Below are positions 36,637 to 47,089 of a DNA stretch of 64,000 bases, piece after piece. Position 1 is the stretch's first letter. Every line of letters starts with the position of its first letter. The position numbers and the translations under genes were made by a program. Source of the DNA: Eukaryota sp. TZLM1-RC (Eukaryota > Protista > Metamonada: BaSk clade); NCBI GenBank assembly GCA_040285825.1, contig JAUPSS010000001.1:868001-932000 (forward strand), in the 5' to 3' direction. A model generated the notes under the pieces. The model was not told the origin of the DNA. It did no database searches and was given only the letters and a program-made list of their open reading frames with translations.

Positions 36637-37854
36637 ATGGAGTGTCCAATTTGTGTACAAAATTTTATAAAATCGAGAAAAGCAATTGAGTGTCCAACCT
36701 GTAAAATTAAAATTTGTGAAAAATGTATCAAATTAAATGCACAAAATCAAATAAAATTTTCCTGTATGAGTTGCAATAATGAATGGGTAAATGTTTTTGT
36801 TGAGCAACACTTTGGGAGTTTATTTCTAAGAAATATTTTGAAAAAACAAATTGAACACGAATTTGAATTTGAAAAACAAAAATTCCCACAAATGTCAAAA
36901 ACAGCCAGTTTGAAAAGAGAATATGAAAAATTATTAACCACCATAAACAAACTAAACAAAGAAATGGGGAAAAGAAGATATAGAATTAAAAAGATTAAAG
37001 TTGAAATTTTCACGCGTCCATATAATGAACAACTTGAATTGTTGAATGAATATCACCAATTATGTGATTATCTGGATCAACATGATGAGGAATATAAAAG
37101 TTATGTTAATCGCAAACGTGAAATTTATTCTATTTTAAATGATACTGATGATGAGGTTGGTGAAACACGACCTTGTTCAAAATGTAATGGTTACATTAGT
37201 TCTGGTAAATGTACAATTTGTGAAGATGAATATTTTAAAAAATGTATGGAACCAACACACGATGGAAAATGTGACAAGGACATATTGAAAAATTTAACTG
37301 AAATTAGACGTTCAACAAAACCTTGTCCAAAATGCTCAGTTCCGATTCAAAAAATTGATGGTTGTTCACAAATGTGGTGTACAAAATGTCACACTGCATT
37401 TGACTACAACACTCTCATCATTGTTACAAGTAATATACATAATCCGCATTATTTTCAACATTTACGTGAATTAAATATCCAACAACAAAATAAATGTGTG
37501 AATCTAATGGATGTTATATTTTATTATCGTTGAAGATCACGTATTCATTATCATAATTATTTTAAATATTGTGGAGATGATAATTGTGTTTGTTCAATTA
37601 TTGACCCAATTCATAAAAAACTTGAAAAATTGTGTCTAAGAATTGTTCACAATGTTCAAAGACCAATTGAAATAATTGAAAAATATGAAAACATGTATCT
37701 AGCGAATGAAATATCTGTGGATGTTTTAAAGAAAAAGTATTTTGAACTTCGTTTTAAAAATATGATGTTTGGAGAAGTTCAAGCATTGTGGAATGTAATG
37801 CAAGATTTATTTTGCAAAGAATTGAGAAACCTTGAATCTTCCAAACCCCATTGA
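36637..37854 (+). CDS. RING/IBR-type E3 ligase-like protein (viral type; stop at 37531-37533 may be premature)
   Basis: MECPIC..CPTC..CEKC..CMSC; TKPCPKCSVPIQKIDGCSQMWCTKCHTAF..IHNPHYF; 37630-37854 is in the same frame. Confidence 0.75.
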
Positions 37855-37941
37855 CATCTTACTTGATTTATTTTACAAAGAAGTTGAAATAATTTCAAAA
37901 AGATTTAATAAAAAGAAAATAATACTGTAAATAAAAATTCA

Positions 37942-38130
37942 TTATTTTATTGTCAAATATTCTGGATTGAAATTAAACAAGTCATAAATATTTATAAGTG
38001 CAGGTGGATTTTTTAATAAACAATATTGTAAAATTGTCCCACCATCATTCATTCTGTCAATAAGAAAAGCATTTCTAGTTATTTGTTTTTGGAAAATTTC
38101 AAAATATAGTCTTTCAAACTCTAATAACAT
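37942..38130 (-). CDS. Small hypothetical protein
   Basis: ATG at 38130 preceded by AAAATCGATTATTTT, a variant of the promoter-like motif. Confidence 0.35.
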   Translation of the reverse strand: MLLEFERLYFEIFQKQITRNAFLIDRMNDGGTILQYCLLKNPPALINIYDLFNFNPEYLTIK

Positions 38131-38159
38131 TTTTACAAAAAAAATAATCGATTTTTTTA

Positions 38160-39000
38160 TTAAAACTCTTCCAACACAACACCTAAACAAAACATAATTC
38201 CGTGAACCATTTTTGGTATAATGGGGTTAATTGGTGTTACTGTCAAATCTGATGGGAATATTTGTTCTTTAGCTGCAACATAACGTCCTGTGCGTTCTTG
38301 ATAACCATATGAACGTTTGTGTTTCTTTGAGTGTACCTTATATCCAATTCCAGCATCAATTGACATGTATGATCGTAAAGCATAACTAGCACCAGCTGCA
38401 GGGAATTTTGTCTTTTCCATTGAACCCAATGCTAATCCACCCTCAGCTGCTCTACCACCTCTAACAGCATTTTGATTTGATAATTTCATTGTTGGGTTGC
38501 GGGAAAAAATCTTTTTAGCGCAGAAATGTAATTGTAAAGTGTATGGAACTGCAAATATTGTAATTAAATTTTCAATTTCATCACTATGTTTATCAACAAA
38601 TTTCTGTTGTTTTAAGTGGTGTGGTATTTTTTGAACCAATCCATAAACTTCATCCTTCTCTAACGATTCACCATGAAGTCCCAGATATCTCTCTAAAAAT
38701 CCAGATGTTACATAACCCCATGTTTCACGTTTATCCATTGCAATTGGATTAACAATGATGTGTGGTGCATAATCAGATTCAGCTAGTGGGAAATCATATG
38801 GATGATGTATTGCCACAATAACAGATTTCTGAGCAGCTGATGCAAATTTATCTCCAACTGTTGGGTGTCTAATTGTGTGGAGAATTATTTCTTTTCGTTG
38901 ATTACCAATTGTTCTTTTCTTCCAATTATTGAACCAATTCGATAATCAGTTCCATCCATTGTGTATGCATTAAATTTAATATGCCGTATATCACCTGTTG
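38160..39000 (-). pseudogene. Highly divergent RNA polymerase second-largest subunit (RPB2/beta), C-terminal fragment
   Basis: RHPTVGDKFASAAQKSVI, DFPLAES..PHIIVNP..KRETWG, GGRAAEGGLALGSMEK..AAGASYAL occur in RPB2 motif order; frameshift near 38890. Confidence 0.7.
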
Positions 39001-39435
39001 CAGAATATTGTTCATGTTAAGCAGCAAAAAAATGTTGAAAAAATGTTACAAGCACACATCTATTTTAAATTAATGCAAGGATTAATTCAAGGAATTGAGG
39101 TTTTTGAACAATCCTTTTCTGAATTAAAAAATGAAGTAAAGGGTAGTCCTGTATTTTCACTAGAATTAGATGGGTTGAAACGTCAAATGAATTTTGATTA
39201 TATAGAAGATGCTGATAAATATTATACCGAACTGAGATTAAATCTCTCTCGTATTAAAAATGCACATAATAGTTCAAAATATATTAATAAAAAGGATATT
39301 GTTAGAAAGAAATGCCCACAGTATTCAAAAGTTTCATTAATTGAACATTATGAAACAACTAGATCTGGTGATGAAAGCGAAACAACAATTTTATATTGTG
39401 AAGAATGTGAATATTATACATGTATTTATAATTAG
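38998..39435 (+). CDS. TFIIS/RPB9-like zinc-ribbon protein (5' end uncertain)
   Basis: C-terminal CPQ..ETTRSGDESETTILYCEEC resembles QTRSADEPMT..C..C. Confidence 0.65.
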   Translation: MQNIVHVKQQKNVEKMLQAHIYFKLMQGLIQGIEVFEQSFSELKNEVKGSPVFSLELDGLKRQMNFDYIEDADKYYTELRLNLSRIKNAHNSSKYINKKDIVRKKCPQYSKVSLIEHYETTRSGDESETTILYCEECEYYTCIYN

Positions 39436-39678
39436 AAAATTGAATTTTTTCTAAAAAATGAATCTCCAATACGCTATTGGTTATACGATTGTTTTAACTT
39501 ACTTTTTAATTGTATACTTTTTATTTATGGGGGAAAACCACAATGAGAAGAAGATCAACGTTTAATTTTAATCTCGTAATTGTTATCACTCAACACTAGT
39601 ACATTTTCTGTTCCAATATAGAAATTTGCATTTTCTGTGAAATAAACATCTTTTTCAAATTTCAGTGTTTTGAATTGA

Positions 39679-40074
39679 TTAACTCGATCTAAATTTTCCA
39701 GTGATATTTCTAGCAACCTCTAAATATTCACCCAAATCAAACATTGGTTCTTGATATGATGTCAAGACACGTCTTGTATTTTTTGGTATTTTAGCACGAA
39801 CAACAATATAATTCCAAGGTCTAGGTCTGTAAAAAAAGTCAAATGAGTGTGAGTTACCAAATACTCTGTGATTTAATATTCGAATAATATTTCCCAAATA
39901 TGTTTGATTGTTAATATTCACAACATCTTCTTTTTCTCTAATACCATCAGCTATTCCTCGATTTGTTTTTACTTGATATAAGTTTTTGATTTCATTCGTT
40001 GTTATTTCTGACAATTTAACATCAGTTGGATCGTGGTATTCATTGAATGCAAATGTTATTGTGTATTCTTGCAT
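39679..40074 (-). CDS. Hypothetical protein (viral block), probably part of a longer broken ORF
   Basis: 131-aa ORF with no recognised motif. Confidence 0.35.
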   Translation of the reverse strand: MQEYTITFAFNEYHDPTDVKLSEITTNEIKNLYQVKTNRGIADGIREKEDVVNINNQTYLGNIIRILNHRVFGNSHSFDFFYRPRPWNYIVVRAKIPKNTRRVLTSYQEPMFDLGEYLEVARNITGKFRSS

Positions 40075-40318
40075 ATGTTAACCCGTGCGTCTAATTGAAC
40101 AGGAACCATCATCACCAAGAACTTGATTGAAATATTTCATTAAATTATTATGAATTTGGGTATGACCTTCTGGAAAATATGGTGCATCAATTTCATATTT
40201 TTTGTTGTTGTGGTTATACTTATTTTACTACCATATGAAAACAATAATGGATAATGTCCAGTAATTGAAACTACATACATTTTTCAATTAAAAAAACCCA
40301 TTGATATTCCTAACGCTA

Positions 40319-43300
40319 TTGGTAAGTTAGACTCAACTGGAATAGTAAGAGCCTTAACACCATCTTTACCGCTGAAATCGCCTGTCAACCTCGGTTTTCG
40401 ATCATCAGGGTATATTACTAATACAATAGGGGAACTGAATTTATAGTTCGATTCAATTGCATAGCCCATTTCGATTAATTCGTCAAAAATTTGGTTAGCT
40501 ATTTGTAATTTCTTTGGGTTGAGACCCCTTGCTGGTTTATGTACAACAGCGTTACTATTATAAAAGGGGATTGACATGGGTGGACAATCGATGCCTTCTT
40601 TATTGGGCGTTTCGCTGAATACGTCCTTGGATTGAGCTAATATATCAGACAAACTCTTATTATACTCACTATCATCTTATTTAATCTCACATCCAGATCT
40701 ATCTAATTGCTGGGTAAAATCTTCTTCACTGCTGGGAATAGATTCTACATGACTGATTTGGTGAGTTTTAATTCTGTTATCAAATTCGGTTTCAGCATTT
40801 AGTAAAGTGCGGCGCTCTTCGTCTAGTACAATTACTAAACGGTCAGATGTCAATAACCCAAGTTGTTGTAACATGTCTAGCCCAATTAAAAATTTGTTTG
40901 AACCCGGGATTATCGGGAGAGTATGATTTATTGAAACTTGGATCGCGATGCTACCAACATTGAACGTCAGAATGCCTTGTGCACTTCCAAGCGAATTGGT
41001 CGATACGTTACTAGCAGGGATGAATTATGTGATGTCGTTTTCATTGATGGACATTGAACACAGATTTGCTAGGTCTAGGGAAATGACAGAACAATAGGCA
41101 GCTGTATCTATCATGCCTTTTATGACTGTACTGTTAATTCTTACCTGAGGTTCAAAAAACTGAGGCTGCTGGGATCTGTTGTGGTTTATACAAGGAGCAG
41201 TGTTACCTGTTTGGTTGCATAAATCTCTTTCTGTATTATTTATTACATTAATCTGATTATTTATGTTGCTATTTCCATTGTTCAAGAAAGAGAGTGGATT
41301 TAAGAGGGCTGTTTGAACTGAATTGTCCGATTAAGTAGAAGAACAAATCTGATTCAATTCGGGAGCTGTTACATGCGATGATTTGTTTTTGTTATTAAAC
41401 TTGTTATTAAGGACGTTTTATCCACGATATGTATTACTTCTATTACCACGGCCACCTCGGCCCCTAGTTCCTCTATACAAACTACCACGGCCTCTACTTC
41501 GGCCTCTAAAATTGCCTCTACTGCCTCTACTAAAGTTTCCACGGCCTCTACCATAGCCGGCGCCTTTTCTTTGATTTATAGGGACCAATGAGCGACTACA
41601 GGTTGGGTCCCTACATTCTGTTATAATATGACTTGGGATTTGACAAAAGGTACAAAATTTCTGTCCCCCTCTGGTGTGTTTACCTTTTTTCAATTGAGGG
41701 AATTGTTGGTCTTCAGGGTCGGTTCTTCTTTTCCTTTCTGACGAATGAAATTCTCCTGTTTCTAATTTAGGTTTGTTCGCCTCTTTTCTCAGTAGTTGGA
41801 AGGTTTCCTTGTTCGGTGCGGCTTGCATCCAAGACAAAAGTTTCTCTCTGGCCACTTTGGTTAAATCGTTGAACGAGACTAGTTTGTCGTTCCAAAAAGA
41901 TTGTTTACCGTAAATCTCGAGTAAATTGCTCGTTAATGCCAAGTTATCCAGACCTGTTAAGAAGGCGTTAGCTACGGTCGACATTGGAAGTGTAAATACC
42001 CCTCTTGAAAGTTCGAGTTCTTCAATTCTGGCCGATGGGTCGGATATGTATGTGCACATCCTTAAGATGTCTCCAAAATTTTCCATATAAATCGCGTATT
42101 CTCTTTCTGCGTCGGCGGATGTAGTTACCTTTTGCCAGTTGAATTTAGATTTAAAAAGAGCTAATTTTGCATCATGTAATGATGTGAACTGGCTTCTCCT
42201 ACACAGTAGTAATAATATTTCGGCATCTGTAGGTTTCATACTCACGAGTTGTTGTTGTTTCCAGAAAGATATAATTCTGGCATGGATGCAACCTGAGATT
42301 CCCTGGGGATTCGCTGTTGATAAGACTGATCTAAAAAGATCATAAGAGTGAACAGGTACCCCTATCTTCTTTATGAAGCTTTGATCTATTCTGTATAATT
42401 TTGGTGTTTCCATATTATTCAATTTGGACTGTAAATCGTTTATTTGTTGCTGAGTGTGAGTTGAGTCTCCACTCTGTACTGAGATCAACAGAGCTAAACT
42501 GTTTATCATCTTCGTTATTTGTTCTCGGTGTTGAGGGGTGCTGGATTGTGGGATCTGTATTTGATCGACGTTTTGAGCTCCGTCTCTACCAGTTGTGTCC
42601 CAGAGGGCGAATTCCATGAGGAAATGTACTATTTTCATCTGAGTTTCAGGGAATTCGAGTCTAGGGAGCTCGTGTGTGGTTGCATGTTCTATGGCCTTAG
42701 TTCTGTAATGATAACCAACATGGGACTGTAAGTTTTGATTTAATATGAGGCGTGGATCGAGTGGGTTTTGACTGTGTTGTTGTTGAAATCCAGTTGCCTG
42801 TAGATCTTGTAAACTAAGACCTTGTCCCGTTGTGTGTGTGGTGTCAACCGAGGATTGTGGAACTCCTTCCATCGGTTGTGATGAATCACCAGGTTGGATT
42901 GTGAGGACGTCTAACCCTATTGGTCCTGTGTTTGGTTGAGGTAAGGTGTCTACATGCAGCTGCTGAACTGATTTCGATTCATCTTGGAAATTTAGTTGAA
43001 TTGAGGGCCGGAAAGCCCTGATGCTCTTGAAGGGTGTATTCTCTAAACCAATGATGGGGGTAAAGGTGAAAACCTCGTTCTGTACCCATGAATCGCCTAT
43101 TTGGAGGTTCCTGTTATTAGGAGGAGACATGTTTATATCATCTCGTCTATAAATGACCCCTAATTCTTCATATATGAGCCTGAAATGTTGTGAGGCTGGT
43201 CTCATTTCAACGTAATTTGGTCTATGTGAGACTGGGTAGTATTCATGAACCTCTCTAACTACCGTATAGTCCTCTCCGGGGGCGCTAAGCTCTTCGTAAA

Positions 43301-43526
43301 TTTTGTCTATACCAACTCTGAACCAGTCAGGTAGGAGGCGGACGTTCTCGGGACTATCTAGTTTCCCAGAGAAGTCGGTACCAACTTCCATTACCTCTAA
43401 CTACCGAATTCTGAATCCTTTGCTATCGAGGGTGGCGTTATTCCCCAAAAAAATCGTCACGTTCTGTGCGAGGTTTTGCCATTATATTTTTTTATTCTGT
43501 GTCGAGAGGCGAGAGTCTCATTCTCA
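40319..43526 (-). mobile_element. Ty3/gypsy-like LTR retrotransposon, 3'-truncated (gag, protease, RT start)
   Basis: Gag 41418-43391 with CTFCQIPSHIITEC knuckle; protease MIDTAAYCSVIS; RT start ELIEMGYA..FSSPIVLV..KPRLTGDF; possible PBS starting TGG at 43481; no RNase H or integrase. Confidence 0.8.
41418..43391 (-). CDS. Gag-like protein with CCHC knuckle and RG-rich tail
   Basis: C-X2-C-X4-H-X4-C and GRGRGNFSRGSRG repeats. Confidence 0.75.
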   Translation of the reverse strand: MEVGTDFSGKLDSPENVRLLPDWFRVGIDKIYEELSAPGEDYTVVREVHEYYPVSHRPNYVEMRPASQHFRLIYEELGVIYRRDDINMSPPNNRNLQIGDSWVQNEVFTFTPIIGLENTPFKSIRAFRPSIQLNFQDESKSVQQLHVDTLPQPNTGPIGLDVLTIQPGDSSQPMEGVPQSSVDTTHTTGQGLSLQDLQATGFQQQHSQNPLDPRLILNQNLQSHVGYHYRTKAIEHATTHELPRLEFPETQMKIVHFLMEFALWDTTGRDGAQNVDQIQIPQSSTPQHREQITKMINSLALLISVQSGDSTHTQQQINDLQSKLNNMETPKLYRIDQSFIKKIGVPVHSYDLFRSVLSTANPQGISGCIHARIISFWKQQQLVSMKPTDAEILLLLCRRSQFTSLHDAKLALFKSKFNWQKVTTSADAEREYAIYMENFGDILRMCTYISDPSARIEELELSRGVFTLPMSTVANAFLTGLDNLALTSNLLEIYGKQSFWNDKLVSFNDLTKVAREKLLSWMQAAPNKETFQLLRKEANKPKLETGEFHSSERKRRTDPEDQQFPQLKKGKHTRGGQKFCTFCQIPSHIITECRDPTCSRSLVPINQRKGAGYGRGRGNFSRGSRGNFRGRSRGRGSLYRGTRGRGGRGNRSNTYRG

Positions 43527-45552
43527 TTGCAAGGAGGACCTCTGTGTACACATTCCCTCTAACCAAGTCAAACTTTTGCACATGATTGGACAAGGAGGAT
43601 ATGCCCAGGTGTTTACTGCTTCTTGGTTTGATTCAGACGTCGCCGCCAAGACTGTTGCTCTCACAGAAGAAGGTAAGAAACGACTGAGGAAAGAGATTGG
43701 TATTATGGCCAAGATTGATCATTCCTTTATCCTCCGTGTTTTTGGTCTGGTCAGCTTAATGGACAGACTCGCCATAATTATGGAACTTGCTGAAGGTTCT
43801 CTGCCAGTGCCGTCAAGATTGACTAAACAAAGTCTCTTGTTTGCAAAAAGGATCTGCCAGGCAGTCCGTTTCCTGCACTCCAAATCACTTGCACATGGAG
43901 ATCTCAAGCCCGAAAACATTCTTTTTGTGAATGGGCAAATCAAATTAGCCGATTTTGGAACATCCAGGACTGTTGCCAAGACTTCCACGGCTACCAATCT
44001 ATCATGTACGGCACGGTATGCAGCCTTGGAACAGTTTGAGAACAAATTGTCTCTTGCCTCAGACATCTATGCAATTGGAATCATCCTTTGTGAGTTACTC
44101 TGTAATTATAGGCCATTTGTCAATATGGATCAGCTTGCCATAATGGGAGCTAAGTATTTCAAGACACCATTTGCTTTGGGTGAACACGTTCCCAGTGTGC
44201 TCAAAGAATTAATCGCCCAATGTTGCTCTTCAGATCCAGCTGCCAGACCAAGTATTGCTCAAGTTCTACTAGTTTTGGATCAATTGGATGACTTTGCTGA
44301 AGAAGGTGATGAAAATCCTATTAGTATTAACAATGATGTTCAAACGCAACTGCAATCTGCCAACTTCACAATCGAGTCTCTACGAAAGAATGTTACTGAT
44401 TTGGAGGCTTCCAATCAACAACTCACCAACGATTTGACAGAACGGGATTCCAGAATTGCCTGGTTGGAAGAAGAAAAAGCCGGTATCAATGCCTCCAATC
44501 AACACCTCAGTCACTCTTTGGAAGAACGTGATGCTAGAATTGCCACCATGGAAGAAGCTTTAAATGCCAGCAAGGCCGGTATTGCTGAGAAAGATACAGG
44601 AATTGCCAACCTTAGATCTACCATTGATGAATTGGAAAAGCAAAATACTCTACTCAGTAGAACTAATTCTGACTTAGCAAGCAGAATTGCTGACCTTGAA
44701 GCGTTGTTGAGAGAGTGTCATTGTAATCAACCTTTGAACAATATCGATGATCATCATCCTCCATCTAAGGAAGAAATTTTGGAAGACATAAAGTCGAATG
44801 TAAATTGGAATGGATTGGGAGATGAGGTGAGGAAGGGTGTTGAGGGTTTGGTTGATGGTTCTATCACTGAATTGTATCTTGGGTTCAACAACATTACCTC
44901 TGAAGGCGCTAGTGCTCTCGCGCGTGCTCTGGAGAGCAATTCCACTCTGACTGAATTGAATCTTGGGTTCAACAACATTACCTCTGAAGGCGCTAGTGCT
45001 CTCGCCCGTGCTCTGGAGAGCAATTCCACTCTGACTATATTGAATCTTGACTCCAACAAAATTACCTCTGAAGGCGCTAGTGCTCTCGCCCGTGCTCTGG
45101 AGAGCAATTCCACTCTGACTGAATTGAATCTTTTGGGCAACAACATTACCTCTGAAGGCGCTAGTGCTCTCGCCCATGCTCTGGAGAGCAATTCCTCTCT
45201 GACTACATTGAATTTTGGGGGAAACAACATTACCTCTGAAGGCGCTAGTTCTCTCGCCCATGCTCTGGAGAGCAATTCCACTCTGACTAAATTGTATCTT
45301 CAGTACAACAAAATTACCTCTGAAGGCGCTAGTGCTCTCGCCCGTGCTCTGGAGAGCAATTCCACTCTGACTAGATTGTATCTTAACTCCAACAAAATTA
45401 CCTCTGAAGGCGCTAGTGCTCTCGCCCGTGCTCTGGAGAGCAATTCCTCTCTGACTGAATTGTATCTTTGGAACAACAACATCAGCAATTCAACCAAATC
45501 CAAACTTCGACAAATAGCATCTAATCGTCCTTCTCTTCACATTGTCGTTTAA
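43527..45552 (+). pseudogene. Kinase-coiled coil-LRR paralog (8 LRR heads) lacking the RING exon/5' end
   Basis: Near-identical to the first paralog from CKEDL (16299) onward; upstream sequence is retrotransposon, so the ORF-track start at 43303 is a read-through. Confidence 0.85.
44866..45485 (+). repeat. 84-bp tandem LRR array, 8 variable heads
   Basis: Same framework as 17637-18675 with a different module order. Confidence 0.95.
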
Positions 45553-45660
45553 TAAACACATTTCAATCACTTTTATTATCAACACAAAACCAACTATAAA
45601 ATCGTTCAACACCAATACAAATCAAAACCCAATATAAACTAGAAAAATCAACAACCTCAT

Positions 45661-45855
45661 TTGCCAACATCGTAGTCCAGTGGGTTTGCTCTTCGTTCTC
45701 TGCTTTGGCAACAGGGTTCGAATCCTATCTGCTGCACTTCTGGCAAAAGGGGACCCCAAAGTGGGAGCCAGCATTTCCTTTCCCACTTTCCGGGTCTGAC
45801 TGCATGGTGCTTGATCAATGAGGGTGATTCTGAAGATTGGGCATTTAGGTTTTTG
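45661..45855 (+). ncRNA. tRNA-derived Pol III element, copy 3
   Basis: A/B boxes and hairpin as at 18854. Confidence 0.6.
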
Positions 45856-47089
45856 TGGATCTTGATTTTGCATGTTATTCGCAAAAATTTCCTTTTGTGA
45901 GAAATTGTTACTGTAATTTTAACAAAAATATTCATTTTCTACGGAAAATCAAATCAAATCAAAACAATCTAAAGCACATAAGAAACAAAACTATTTGGGA
46001 ACGCTTCTGTACAAAGCGAAAATGATACGATTCTTCCATAAATTCCCTGCAAAATTGTTACTACTTGAACGACATAAATTACCAAAATCATTGATGAAAT
46101 TCAAGGCGAACTGTTCAATGTTGCCAAAAATCGAAAAGACAAAAGGAACAAACGAAAACTTTGAGTAAAGATTCTTATTTAAATCATTTAATAACGCAGT
46201 ATATTTACCTCTTTTTCGGTCTTCACTAAGTAAAACATCATCACATTAAATAAAAGCAAAGGTATCTCTTGATCATCAGAATCGTGACTAAAACAATTAT
46301 TGTTTCCAGACGCATGTGTGGAAATGTTTTTAAACTCTTGAGGAACTTTGTAATTGACTTGGCCTTTGTTTGTGAATCTTGTAAAGCTGTAGATTGTTCA
46401 AAATATTATACGTGTTACAGCACAGGTAACTCCTCTATCTTCTACCTTCCTTTTCAATTTGCTTCTGGAAATTTACTAATAATTTAAAAGAAGGAATATG
46501 GGATATCAAACGGTTATGGAAATTTGTTTGCTTAAAGCTAAAACAGTATTGTCTTACAACTCCAAAAATACTTGAAAATACTAACGGAAACTGTTGCAGA
46601 GTTTATACCGGTTTAATACTCGAATCAGATTTTTTGATCACTTAGAATTGTTGCAAAACCTGTATTGTTCTTCGATCGTGAACAAGACAAATTGTTTAAT
46701 AACATGCTCTTTATTGAACGTATTTTATTGTTCTAGTGTTCTAGTGTTTTATTCTAAGTGTTTCAAGAATATTCAGTTAACCAGAGAACGATCTTTATGA
46801 AGAGCTATCAAAATTGCCACTTCATAATCCTTTATAGACTGCTTTTACTTATAAATTTTGTTTTGTCAAATTCGATTTAAAATAGGAATTTATGCAAAAT
46901 TCATCACTATTTCACAATGTTTGCAAAATTCCGATCTCCTTTGATGAAAAGAGTAAAATTAAAGAGTACAACGTACCCTTATCGTAGGTAGGATGTGTTG
47001 CGCATGTTAAGTATTATTTTACAATTTTTATGGCTCACAGCAAACGCTTATCAAGAAAGATTGTAATTTCATATCATCTGGTGTCAATA

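Larger units (their letters stand above)
31833..40318. mobile_element. Endogenous NCLDV-like element, left arm starting at the TIR; right part replaced by a Ty3/gypsy fragment
   Basis: Starts with the TIR of the mini-elements; very AT-rich, densely packed short genes typical of large DNA viruses; right boundary approximate. Confidence 0.75.
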
